Assembly (NCBI GenBank): GCA_039545335.1
Contig: BCIN01000008.1
Coordinates: 631,528 to 695,527, forward strand
Length of the DNA stretch: 64,000 nt
Direction of reading: 5' to 3'
Source of the DNA: Kondoa subrosea
Lineage: Eukaryota
Of this stretch, positions 26,840 through 40,030 are shown piece by piece. The notes below the pieces were generated by a model, which saw only the letters and a list, made by a program, of their open reading frames with translations, was not told where the DNA came from and searched no databases. Position numbers and translations under genes: made by a program. The number at the start of each line of letters is the position of its first letter. The stretch's first letter is position 1.

Positions 26840-28037
26840 ATGGCTCCAACAAGCAGGAGAACTCTACTGAACCCAGATCCCTATCCAACAGACAGAACAG
26901 ATGAGAAACCGGTCGTCTTCTTTGAGTGTGTTCATCAAATCAAACAAGGTACTAGCGCTGATCTCCCGTCGAAGCATCGACAACTGTCTGTACAGTATCA
27001 AGGTGGACATTGATCTATCTCGTGCATGTATTGGGCTGATTGAACGCGCAGTGTGGTATAGCTGATGCAATGGTTTGTCGCAAACATGCTTGCAGATCAC
27101 TCGCTGATCCAAATGCTGCAGGCGCAGCTGATTCAACGCTATTTCGAACGCCTAGGACTCAGTCAGGCGGAGGCTGTTAGTCTCTTCTTCTCCAAAGCAA
27201 ACGAACGTGTGCTCATCCTCGAGGCAGAAACATCTCCATTCGCATTGTCAGCGTCTGTTCAGCTGCTCCATAGCCCTACTGATTGATTGAACAGACTACA
27301 AAGAATACGGTCTTTCTATACGTGGTCTCGTCAAGTATCACAAAGTGGACCCAGAGGATTACAATCAAAATTGTGATGCTGCTTTACCGCTCGAAAGATT
27401 GCTGGCGCCAGATCAGAAGACTCGAGATTTACTGAAATCAATAGATAGGCGGAAAGTGGTGCATTCTCTTCCTTATTCCGCTCCCCTGGCGGTTCTCATT
27501 TCATATTGTAGAGGCTATGGGCTCTGACGAATGCGCAGAGCGATCATGCAGCTCGAGTACTCAGGATCCTGCAACTACAAGATCTTTTTGAAGGGGTAGT
27601 ATCTTGTGAGTTCGCTGCAACGCAAAGCGAGCTCAAGATCCTCAAAATCCCTACTTCTAGGCGATTATTCTGCCGAAAATTTCTGCGCGAAACCAGAAAT
27701 CGAAATGTACAGAGAGGCAGAAGCGCATGCTGGCATCGCTGCTGATACTCCAAAGTACTTTGTTGACGATTCTTGTAAGTTTTCCCTCCGGACATCTCAT
27801 GGTTCCAGCTCAAAAACTACATAGTTATCAACATTCGTGTACGTGTTCATATATACTGAAGAACTAAAGCTTATCTATCAGACGCAGGGCGCACACGAAG
27901 CTGGCTGGAAAGCAGTTTGGTTCAAAGAAGAAGGCAATCTGCCAGAGAGGAGCGCGAACGAATTTCCGGTCATTAGCGAGATAGAGACGCTTCGAGATAT
28001 ATGGTCCGAGGTTTTTGAGATCAGTCGGCGCTCGTGA
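26840..28037 (+). CDS. SDT1: HAD-family pyrimidine 5'-nucleotidase (Sdt1-like), multi-exon
   Basis: VVFF.IDNCLY, YGLSIRGLVKYHKVDPEDYNQNCDAALPLE, WALTNA, FCAKPE, YFVDDS. Confidence 0.85.
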
Positions 28038-28244
28038 AGCCGATGTACGTAGAGCATTGTTTCTTAGATACGGCTTCCCGAGTGCAAGGCAGCAGCAGGA
28101 TTCACATTCATATACATCCATTCCATTGTTTTTAATGCTTGCTATGTACACTTTGTCTGGACTCTTTAATTGGCAAACGGGTTCATAGCCAAAACCTTGA
28201 TGACTGCGATACGATTCAATCAATACTCCGTTATATTTTGCAAG

Positions 28245-31200
28245 TCAACACTGACCTGGAGGAGAGATGGTCATGTCGGCAGTGATGACGACTGGCACTT
28301 CCTGCAATTCCTTGACAGTCTGTATATGATGTCCGTGTGCGTTCACATAGACCCCTTCGAACTTGGGTGCTTCTTTCTTTGCCGAAATAGCATGTTGATC
28401 ATAGCTTGCATGGCTCTTTGGTGCGACTACTGGAGTATCGTCTTCATCGTTGAACAATTCGCTTTCATCTTTGGCTTGGGAGTTGGTTGCTCCGAGTGAT
28501 TTCGCATGACGTTCCGCGTTTTGTCTGATCAGTTGCAGATGAGCATCTCCACGGTGTTCAGCAAGCCATTGCACAACATCGACGCCCTAAGACAATTGCA
28601 TCAGTCAGCTTTGTATCATTCCCAAGGCATCGAGTTTACCTTCTTCCAGTATAAGCTCAAGGTGTTTGAGTGATTATCATATACATGGTTTTCGATAGGC
28701 ATCTAGCAAACTTCAGGTCAGTACAGATCCCGAAGGTCGAGTATCGGAATAGCTACCTGATCAATATGCACTCTTTTTTCGATACCGAAGTCTGGAACAA
28801 GCACATCGAACGCTTCATCGAGCACACCAATGACTTTGGCATTTCTTCGAACAGGACCATATTGCTGTGTCAAATTCGCAATGAGGACGCAAAGGTATAG
28901 ATGCTGAGATTGCTCTTGAGCGAGCTTAGCAGCTTCTTTCTTGGTATTGCACTGCTGCGCAACTTGCGACACAGCTTCTGTATCCATGCTGAATCTAGTG
29001 TCTGCGGCTGCATGACAATCAATTGGTGCTGATCGACTGCCAATTGTAAAGCTTACCACCAAGCAATATGGCGTCTAGTTGTCTATGGACCATCACATCC
29101 GCGTATCGACGGATAGGCGAAGTAAAGTGAGTATAGAGAGGAACGTTGAGAGCATAGTGCTGATATTTCGCTATGTCCAACATGCCAGTGCAGAAGTATT
29201 TCGCTTTGACCATGGCTTTTGAGGCAAGAAGTTGCAGTGTCAGATGAGCTTGATCATCCTTGGATTCAATCTCTTGGAAAGAAGTCATCAGAGCACCGGC
29301 AGAAGAGATGTCAATGGTGTATCCCAAAGAAGAGGCTCTTGCAGCGAATGATTCCTTCTCGATGAATTAGATTGTGCACGAGTACATAGAGATATCACTA
29401 ACCAATCTACGCTGCAATGGACCTTCGTGTCTTCTGAGCAAGGCTTGTTCTGGCAGACCAGCAGCAACCTTTTGCGCGACTGTCATGTTGGCCAATAGCA
29501 TAAATTCTTCGATCAGCTGATTGGCTTGTCTGCCCTCTTGTACTGAGCAGTCTTGAGGCAGACCCTCATTGTCGATAGCGAAAGACAACTTGATCTTATT
29601 GATCTTGAGTGCGCCATTGGTCATTCTAGCGGTACGAAGCTTGCTAGCCAATTCCTGGGTCCAAGATTAATATTGTCCAGACATTCAGTATGGAAGTGTA
29701 CGTACCCACATAGCCTTGATATCATCGGATACACCTTCAGCTGTTTGACCATTTGTGATTTGCACAGATTCAGGTAAGCCTTTACCGTCAATCACAGCTT
29801 GAGCATTCGAGTAGGCCAATTTGGCGCAAGATCTGATAACAGTCTTTCCGATCCACGTTGACAGAATATGACCCTCGGAAGAAAGGGTAAAGACAACTGA
29901 GAAAGCTAGCTTGTCTTCGTCCGGAGTTAAGCTGCATAGAGTTTCGCTCAAAGCACCAGGAAGCATCGGGTAAGCTCTCTGAACAAGGTAGACTGAAAGA
30001 AGATGTGAGTTAAGAAGGGAGAATTTTCTGAAATCACATACCTGTAGTTGCCCGTTTACGAGCTTCGCGATCGATTGCAGTGTTTGCCTTGACGAAATGA
30101 GAAACGTCGGCAATATGAACACCAACTTCGAAAGAGCCATTCTCTTGCTTAACAATATGAACAGCATCGTCCAAATCTTTGGCAGTTTCAGGATCAATAG
30201 TAAAGATTCGAGCTTCGCGCATATCCCGACGTGCTTCAATCTCGCGAGGAGGAATGGTGTAAGGGATAGGTGGCAAGCACTTCATTATGCTTTCGTTAAA
30301 GTCCTCGGTCGAGAAGTTGCAATCACGTAGAATAGCAGTAGTTTCAGTTTCGATATCGCCGATGGGGCCAAGCTCTTCTACGAGAGTTCCAAAGGGATGC
30401 AAGGAAGTGATTGGCCATCTCTTAATGCAAGCGCAGAACAAGCGATTCGAGTACTTTTCAGCGTTGTCGACGAAATCAGCTGGTGCTTCGTTGACAGGTA
30501 TTGCCAAAAGAGGCACTCTAAACAGCATATTAGTATGGGATCCAATAGCAAGGAATGGACTAACCTCTTATCTACTGGTCTGAGCCAGACAATACGAATA
30601 GGCTGAGACTTGTCGCTAGCGCGGAGATCCACACCATCGCGTTCTCGCCGTTCAGCATCTTGCTTTTCTTTAGTAGCGGCAGAAGAAGGACGCAAAACAC
30701 CAAGAGTACCAGTGAAGAGTTGACCAGGAGCTCGATGAACGACGCCGACAATATGGCCAGCGAATTGAGGTCTTTGTTCATCGCTGACTTCTTCATCTTC
30801 AAAGAGAGTCATGCCTTGGCCTTCTACTTCAACATCATCGTTCTTCTTATCCTGTTTGCGCAGACTTTGTGCAATACGAGGATCATAGGAGGCGTTCTCT
30901 TCCTTCTTGCGTTTCTTCTCTTCCTTTTCTTTCTTAGTGCCCCAAACTGTGAAGTACAAGAAAGCGAATATCAGACCAGCCTGACAATCAATAACTTCAC
31001 TCACCTTCATCCACTTCAAGCAATTCAACAGCAACTACATCTCCCTCGAGTGCTCTGTTTCGATCTTTAGAACCACTGTGCATTCAAAAAGCCAGCAGAA
31101 TGAGCTCTATACTCATACAATCACTTTCCACGCACCAAATATAGATATCAGCGTCCAACATATCGCTAGCAACATAAGCGTCCGATCTGTTCCTTTTGTT

Positions 31201-32987
31201 GACTCTCAAAGCGCCAACAACCAATTTCCCAGCCGCAACAAGTGGTGGAATAGAAGCAGCAGGTAAATAAGGAGCGAACAAGGATTTCCTTTGTTGTTGA
31301 GGTGTAGTGTTTTGGTTGTTGTTGTAACCTTGTTGAGGACCCATTGAGAATGATGGAACTTTAGCATGACCTGATGAAGCTCGGAAAGCGGAAAGTTGCT
31401 GAAGTTGAGCTGTAGCTTGTGCTAAATCGGTGGTAGTACCGGATGGAATAGCGTTTTGAACGTATTGACCGCTATCTGTGAGGAAGAGCGACCTTTGAGC
31501 TGTGAATGAGCTCTGAACGGGTTGTCGACTCACTTGTTCCCCAACCGGACAAAGAACTCATGCTACCCCGACTATCTCTCCTACCATGACCTTGAACAAA
31601 TCCACCAGCTTGATTAGCGCTAGTAGGCGAAGCGCCAAAGTCTAAATCATCTTGAATAGAAGGTTGCAAACCACCGCTATTGGGAGGGAATTGGAACGAG
31701 CTAAAGTTACCCATCGGAGCTTGAGATCCCGGTCCAATGGAAGAAGAGAGGTTGGGTGAAGTGATTCCACCAGCAGGGCTTTTAACAACGTTAACAGAAT
31801 GTCTTCTTCCATGACCTTTAGGTACAGTTGATTGTTGTTGAGATTGGAAACCAAGTCCAGTTGAACCAGTACCGAATTGACCCATTTGACCAAAACCACC
31901 AAAAGATCCACCTGTCATAGAGCCAACACCTGTTGATCCAGGTACTTGTTGACTTTGATGACGACGATGACCAGTTCTAGCTACGTTTGCGAAACCGCCA
32001 GGTGCAGGTGCGACGGGTTGCTGTTGCACTGACATTTCGGCAAATCGATTCAACAATGCATCTTGCTGAGCACGAAGATTGTCGAGCTGCTGTTGAATCT
32101 GCAATTGTTCCACCATCATATTGCTTGCCATATTCTGCTGTTGCTGAGCGGCAAAGCGAGGCGGCAAGTTTGATGCGGGAGGTGGTGGAGGTGGAAGAGG
32201 CATAGAGCCAGCACCAGTAGATTGAGCGAGTTGAATCTGAGCAAGCAAGTTTTGTTGCATTTCTGAAAGCTGTTGTTGAGAAATTGGATTGTTGGCTCCG
32301 TTTACAGCTTGAGACATCATTTGAAGCTGTTGAAGTTGAGCATATTGTTGGCTAATGGTAGTCGCAGCTGAGTATTGGTTAGGTGAAGGGAAACCATAAC
32401 CTGAAGCATCTTCGGCGCCAGCAAAAGGAAAGTTTGGGACGCTTGGAGCTGTGAATTGAAGAGTATCAAACGAATGCAAGAATGCACATTGATCTCCATC
32501 ACTCACTGACTAGTACCTCATTTTGTACTTCAGCTAAAGCTGATAGACCGCCTGGTTGAAAGCCGCCTGCATTTGGGTTCAGAGTAGATCCAGCTGAAGC
32601 AGCAGGCGAAGAAGAAGGTGGTAAACTCTTCAGATCATTCTTAGGACTAGTAGAAGGAGGATTACTAGAGCTAGACTGATTCTTTCGATGACCACTTCTG
32701 TTTGCATTGGAAGCGGGAGCGTGCATTGAGGTTTCGCTACCTGAAGCAGTGGAAACGGAAATGGGTGTTTTTGGTTTAGATGAAGATCGATTGTGAGTAC
32801 TGTTTCCACCTCGACCTCCTCCCCTGTTACTTCCAGATTGCCCGCCGGAACCTGATTGGCGACGCGGTTTTTGCGAAGGTGATTCTGGAGCTGTCCTTGC
32901 ATTCTGATTGGACTTGGATGGTGACGCTGGAGCTGCTGTTGAAGTAGCTGCAGCAGTAGCCTCGGGCTTCTTTGGTGAATCAGACAT
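28245..32987 (-). CDS. SSD1: Ssd1/Dis3L2-family RNB-domain RNA-binding protein, multi-exon
   Basis: Low-complexity N-terminus with HRRHQS/HGRRHS motifs, [68 protein letters not shown]. Confidence 0.95.
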
Positions 32988-34024
32988 TTGAGACTCAAAT
33001 TGCTAGACGAGACAAAAGATTGGAATTAGCGCAATTCTACCTCGAACAGTGACGGCACACTGCTTACATGGTAGATAAGGAATTGTCAGCAGATGTAAAG
33101 GGACTCTTAAGATCAGCCGAGTACAGGATCGAGTCGAACGGTTTTAAATGCGCAGAGCAAGTGAGTGCGGGCTTCGCTGGTTGAAGAAAGACGTGTTACA
33201 AGCCCAGGAGTCGGCGTGTGTGATGCCAGAGACTAGGCTGTGTGAAGGGTTTGCGATAAGGGAGAGGCAAAGTGTGCGTCACTCGACAACCCTTTCATTG
33301 ATTGCGAAGTCAAACGTGTCCGTCCTCGGAGGCGTGTCTACACAAGTGTTACAGTAGTCTGATCAGATGTACATCTCTGTGTCGCAATATGTGACATTCT
33401 TCGGCTCGTGAAGTAGTGCTCGGATGCTGAAACTGTATGCAACTATATTAGCAGTCGGCCCAGCAGCACCTCCAAGTCATGGCATCAATCACTTCGCACC
33501 TGCTTTCTACCTATTACGTTCCTCGACAATAATAACGAGGAACGTCGAGGATGAACATGTTTGAGAGATAATACGAACGATGCGCCCGCGCAGCAACCCA
33601 AAAATAGGCATTAGGCAGGAGATATCAGTTCGCAATACACAATGATAGTAGAGATGTCGTAGTATTCAGAGACAGTAGGGAATGAGAATGATTCGAACGT
33701 CTTCACGAGATTTAGCAAAGACGTCGCTACAAGCGAAGATTTATCCTCGCGAGAACAGCAGCACGAGGAGGTGGTTAAGAAGGAAGCAGGGAAAGAGCAG
33801 ACGAAGAAATGAAACACCAGAAACACAAAGCTTGAGTTCAGAGCTAAGCCAGCCTTGGAAAGATTGCAATGAGCTGCGAGGATCTCAGGTGATAGTGGCA
33901 GAGCTTTCAAGCCATCACAGCTACCCGCAGACGCAGAGAGGTTGCTTCGAGACAAGACCTTCGAGTTGTTTTCGGATGTCAAGGCTTGCCTCGGAGCGCT
34001 ATCGAGGAAAAGTGATATCCAGAC

Positions 34025-35970
34025 ATGAGCGATACCAGGCCTCTCCCAAATACCCCAGAACGACCTCAAACGCTCAAAACAGCCGCTTCCTTTGGTCCTT
34101 CGCACCGACCTATCCCAGGCCGCTCGCGCACGAATACGCATAGCAACTCAGGCGAGGCCTTAGAACGCTTGGATACCTCTTCTGCTACTGCTTCTCTTTC
34201 TTCACGTCCTACTTCTCCAGAAATATCAATCTCACGCCAGAGATGCACTTCATCTGGGTCTCAAGCTGATTCTGTTCAGTCTTTCTTACCTTCCGCTCTG
34301 CCTAAGACTGCTGGAGAAAACGAGAATACTATGTCTGCATTACCTAAACCGCGTGCAGCGAAAGACAAAGAGAAGGAGCAAGCTAGTCCACTAGTGGTTC
34401 ATACAGCTACTTTACAATCTTCTCCTGCTTCAACACAACCAAGTCAATGGAAGTCGAGCGCAAGTATACCTCATTGGTCAAAACCTCCAGTTTATGGTCT
34501 GTCATCATGCATAAGTATGTTTACAAGGAGTTGAGAGAGATGAGGGATAGGTCGAATCCCTTCGCACGGCTTTCGAGCTCATTCTACTACTTTGATCGGT
34601 CATGAACTCTTCCTCTTTGGCGGATGCAACAAGAATCAATGCTTCAGGTGATTTGTCTCTGCCCTATTCTTGCATATTCTGAACGAATTGCAATTAGGGA
34701 CATGTGGAAATTCAATCTGGATTCGAGCCAGTGGTTTAAGCCCAAGATTACAGGAAACTTGGTCCCACCTCCATGTAGAGCTCATACTGCAACAGCAGTA
34801 GGCGATAAGATCTATATCGTTCGTCTCCCCTTTCTACTCTTGCTCGGGAGAGCTCTGATCCTCCGGGTTGTCTAGATTGGTGGTGGTATGTCACCTTTTT
34901 GCAAACCAAGTTGTGCAACTTACAGGTGTTATAAGGGGAAGGAGGAACATACTATAATACGGTTTGGGTCTTTGACACCGAGATGAACGTATGGAGCAAA
35001 CCTGCTGTTTATGGACCTATTCCTGCCGCGAGGAGAGCTCACGCTGCTGTGCTATGGAAAGAACAAATAGGTAACATCTTTTCCTCAAGGGGGATCGTTC
35101 TGCAGCTAAATATCAGTCAAAAAGTCGTCTTCGGTGGCGGTAACGGCACTAAAGCGCTCAATGGTAAGCACACCATTCGATAGGCATACTGACATGGTCT
35201 CATGAGAGGTTGAGATGTTCACGTACTCAATATCAGCAATCCGAACAAACTGGAATGGTCAGAAATACAGACTAAAGGACGGAAACCGATCGAAAGAGGT
35301 TATCATACTATGAACTTGGTCAATGATGAAGCTATCGTCTTTGGCGGTTCGGATGGGAAGAGTAGCTTTTCCGATGTTTGGTCTCTGAATTTAGGTCAGT
35401 TGTGCTCTCGCGTTTGCGATTTGTTTCGCTTACGTTGAGATTGATGTCTGACAGACACTCATACTTGGACACAGCTCAAGATGTCGAATACCGAGGAAGA
35501 TTTTGCTCGACTATCGCACAGCAGCACTTTAATCGGTAAGCGCATAGTGAAAACCCTCTGTCATGTCCCACTAATACCCTTGCAGGCCAAAACTTAGTCA
35601 TCATAGGAGGTCATGATGGATCAGAATACCATTCCGATATCCTTCTACTCAATCTCGTTACGCTCAAGTTCAATCGCCGGTCAGCTAACGGTGCCATTCC
35701 TGCTCCGAGAGGATATCACACAGCAAATTATCACGAAGGCAAAGTTATTCTGTAAGCTCTGCCGCTTTATGTCAAAGCCATAGCTGAATGAGAGATCAGT
35801 ATTGCTGGTTTTGATGGGAAAGAAGTCTTTGATGAGCTGTTCCATCTAATGCTGTCTGCATTTGCTTGGACAGTACACGTCAAGAACTACGTGATCGGAT
35901 GTAAGAGATGCATTCCTTTCGCATAGCCAGTACTGATCAGAATGATTTAGCTGGAGTGGGCAAAGAATGA
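34025..35970 (+). CDS. Kelch-repeat protein with Ser/Pro-rich N-terminus, multi-exon
   Basis: Repeated kelch units: FRAHSTTLIG..LFLFGG, PCRAHTATAVG, ARRAHAAV, RGYHTMNLV..VFGGSDG, PRGYHTA. Confidence 0.85.
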
Positions 35971-36374
35971 ATCAAACCTGTTCGATCGAGGAAGAAGAAG
36001 AAACGCTCATATGAATTCCCTGCATCAATATAATAATATCATGGCATAACCGAGTCTGTCTGGCTTGTATCGAGCCTGCATCAAATGAAGTGTCACATCG
36101 CGATCGTCCGTCGTTTGGTCCAGCGCGCAGCCTCTGCAACATTAGAACATAGTAGATTCATGCTGAGGCCCTTGCCAGCATTACGAGATTGGATTTCATA
36201 AGCCGAACCCTCAAGTTGTTGTCCATTTGACTATGAGCCTCATCACCTTTCTCCGCTACTGCGATATACCAAACAAACAACAAGGGTCTTATACCCGATA
36301 GACTAAGAGAGTAGCGACCACTTCTCAGGCAATCGTTGCAGCAATTGCCGAACGCTACATATCATAATCCAGTC

Positions 36375-38258
36375 ATGAGCGGTATTCCCATCCCTCTCAA
36401 TAGCAGCACGGGATCGCCTCTGCCCTCACCTTCTTTCGGATCACCCTCTGGATCGCGCTTCAGTCTCAGCGCCCTGGTCCAGCGTCGCGGCAGATCAAAT
36501 ACCATAGGTCAGTCGATATACTCTGTGCTCCATATCAAGCGAGGCTAAACAGCTATCCGTGATTGTATAGGAAGCAATCCTCCTTCACCCGGTGTGGCCT
36601 CAAGAGACGAGTATTTCCCGAACATCGCTACACTCACGAATGGGCACAGTCGAACCAGATCTCGAGCCCGCACAGAAGACCCGGATCATACACGAAGTGG
36701 ATCAACGAGTAGCATGGCTTCTCCTGCTTTATCGCAAATGCATCCAAACAGCAATGCAACCCGACAACAATCAGGCGATAACAATCGGTCTTTGCCTGAG
36801 ACACCAGTAGATCAAGTAGAAGACCCATTAGCCACTCCTGTTATACAAGCAACAGGTGATCCTTCTACCTCTTCTTCCTCTGCAAATTCGCGTACCTATC
36901 ACGTTCGATTGGTCCCTCACTTAGAGGCTTCTTCCAGATCTCTACATTTCGAGCCTGTCAATAGAGAATTCAGATCCAATGGTAGTATTCGAATAGGTCG
37001 TTACAACGATCGGGGACCAACAATCGGTCCTAACGATTTGAAATCACAAAGAGTCGCTTTCAAATCCAAAGTTGTTAGTCGATCGCACGCCGAAATATCA
37101 GCCGATGAAGCAGGCAATTTCTGGGTCAAGGATATGAAATCGTCAAGCGGAACTTTCTTAAATCATATCCGATTAAGCGGACCTGGTTTGGAGAGCAGGT
37201 TATTTCAGGTCAAAGATGGAGATGTGCTACAATTGGGTGTAGACTACCAAGGTGGAACGGAGGAGATGTATCGATGTGTCAAGATGAAGGTGGAGTTCAA
37301 CAGGCCATTCCAGAAATCAAACAACCAGTTCAAGTGAGTGTTTGTCAAATCGGCTTGGACTGAAGTAATCTGACAAGCCTATGCAGCAAGAATGCCATGA
37401 AGCAATTACGAGCACTTGGAGCAGCACCTCCTGTGCCTGACAAATCGAGTTCGGGTACATCAGCCACGGCTACAGAAGCTTCGACTACCGATTGCTGTAT
37501 ATGTAAGTCTGTGTGATCTAGCAAAGAAAATATCTGCTCATGTCTGGTCAGGTCTGTTCGCCGTCACTGTCTGTCAAGCCCTCTTCATCGCGCCTTGTTC
37601 TCACGTCTATCACTTCAAATGCATTCGACCTCTTCTGAACATGCATCATCCCGGCTTCTCTTGTCCTTTATGTCGAACGTTTGCTGATTTGGAAGCCGAC
37701 GTGGAGACGGAAGAGGATCATTTTGCAGAAGAAGAAGCAAGACAAGCAGAAGGTTCAGATAGTGATCAAGGCGAAGCAGAAGTAGAACAAGAAGTTCCAG
37801 AAATGGCTTCTCCTTCAGATGAAACAACCGAAGAAAGACCTACTACTGCTTCTCGAAGATCTAGCACTGCTCGAAAACCTCCTGCGACCAATAACGACCC
37901 TTCTGATCCTTATGATATTCGCAGAGCTTCAATCTCCATCAGTGGTCCGCATGGCCAGGCTCACAATTTGCCCATCACTGGTCGATCTTCTCGACCAAGC
38001 TCAATCAGGGGTTTCGACATGTCTAATCGCTCGATAACACCTATGACATCAACTAATGGATTGAGGGAAGCTACTTCGGCATTCATGTCGCATACATCTA
38101 CGGCAATCGATGATGAAGATCTTAGACGACCAATTGATTTCGCAAGCACCCAAGATGAAACAATGAACGCGGATGAGACTTTGTTCTTGTCTGCTCAAAC
38201 GCCATCCAACAGTTCTTTGTTGAGCAGAGTTGCTGCGGAAGAGGGGAGGAATGCTTAA
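36375..38258 (+). CDS. DMA1: FHA-RING E3 ubiquitin ligase (Dma1/Chf family), multi-exon
   Basis: FHA: IRIGRY...FKSKVVSRSHAEI...KDMKSSSGTFLN...LQLGVDYQGG. RING: DCCI|CLF...LFIAPCSHVYHFKCI...CPLCR. Confidence 0.95.
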
Positions 38259-38469
38259 AGCTTGGAAGATGTATATGTATATTAGTTACTTAATTTTAGA
38301 GGAATCATCAAGATCAGCTGAAAACCTGCGGCAGTCGCCGCTGTTCGGGGCAGATATGGTCAATTTCACGCTCATGCAATACAGTCGTTGAGAAATGCAA
38401 TAAAGTACACCTCGCTACTAGGGTCCAGGGATCGAATATACCATTCTGATTGCGCCCGAACGAAATTTA

Positions 38470-39754
38470 TCAAGCAACCCAATCTTCTCCACTGCCACCT
38501 CCAGTGAGGAGGATAGGCTTGGTGAATAGCATTGGCTCTGGTTTCATCGCAGGTGTAGGATCGCTGTCAAGCTGGCTGTGATCTGTTCCCTCGTCAACCT
38601 CTTGATCCTGATCTTCCACCGAGGAACAAGTGAGTAGACGTATAGGATTGCATAATCCTTCATTATCGTGTAGAGCAGGGTTGTAGAGCGGAAGATGAGA
38701 TAGATCTCTACGGTAAGGAGCCATCAAAGTCTTCTCTAGAGCTTCGTCGATGATGAAATTTGCTTGTGAGTTGTCTGTCAAAAAGATAAGTCAAGTTCGT
38801 CAACTTCAGGTCATCAAACGCGGAGAATGGACTGACCTGTGGTATGGAAACGACCTGTATTCAAATCCAATCCAATGACTCTCTCGACCTTACTCATCTG
38901 TCGCTCTCCTGCCACTGGCCAGATACACAACAAATCATAACCAAACACCGCTCTATCCATTCCTTGGCCAGATTCACAGTGTCCATCATTTGCCTCCTCA
39001 ATCGCCATACCGCCTAGCCTGTGATCCGTTCGGGCTGGCGATGATCTCTAAGAGCCGAAGAAGAACTGCTGTGCCGCGTGTAGCAGCTCATGTAAGAACG
39101 TGTGCAAGAAGACGAGGTAAGCTAGAGCGTCGCGAGAGCGATCTGCATGAGTTTCTTCTAAGAATTGGCTAAGTGAGTAGTCCAAAACGATAACCGGACG
39201 TTGGCCAGCTGGTGATAGAAGTACTTTGCCAAAAACGAAAGAACGCGATTTGCTAGCATTGAGCATCTCCAATCTGACTTGGGGAAATTTATTGGTGATG
39301 AAGTTGATTAGGCGCATTCGCTCGGCTTGCCACCGACTATCCTTCAGATCCATTGGTGCAGGAAGGCCGGCGCTGGCAATTGTAAGGGTAGCAAGTAATG
39401 AATCGTTCTCCAGCATGTTGCTGCGCAGATTCTCGATGATATGTGCAGTCACGTCCAATGGCTGTACATGAGCCATGAGATCTTCCACTCGCGTGGTGTT
39501 GAGAATCAGTTTAGGAAGAATTGGCATGCGGAAAGGAGCTTGAGCAGCAATGCAGTGGTATCGCTGTTGAGTGGGAGGTATATGAATGCTATCTCTCGAT
39601 GTTCTTTTAGTGTGGTTGTAACTGGAAGAAGAGGAGATGAGATTTTTGCTGGAATGTCGTTCAATGTTGTTGTGTTGTCGCTAGATATTATGAGTTGCAC
39701 ACGGAGATCGACCTCATTGAATCTCGTTCCATCGTCATCATCATGCAGCGCCAT
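38470..39754 (-). pseudogene. Orphan HExxH (zincin-like) protein, interrupted by an in-frame TAG
   Basis: TFLHELLHAA followed by TAG at 39048-39050. The same frame continues RSSPARTDHRLGG...GHCESGQGMDRAVFG. Canonical intron at about 38776-38837. Confidence 0.45.
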
Positions 39755-40030
39755 CTGCTAGCTCTCTGTCGAGCAGAGTTGCCGCTGAGGAGGATGCTTA
39801 GTAAGCTTAGTAAGAAATCTCAGATACTTCAAGTTGATACTAGAAACGCCGTGTAATTGTACTGGGTTGTTACCTACTTGGACTCTGTGTATAGGTGCAT
39901 TGTCACTCGGCAGTCCCTTAAAGAAAAACGATACTTTAAATGAGACCAGCTCATACAAATGTCTGAATCCGCCTATGCACAAAAGTCTGCCCTGCAGAAT
40001 TGAAAGTGGCCCTTTGTATCTTCGAGATTT

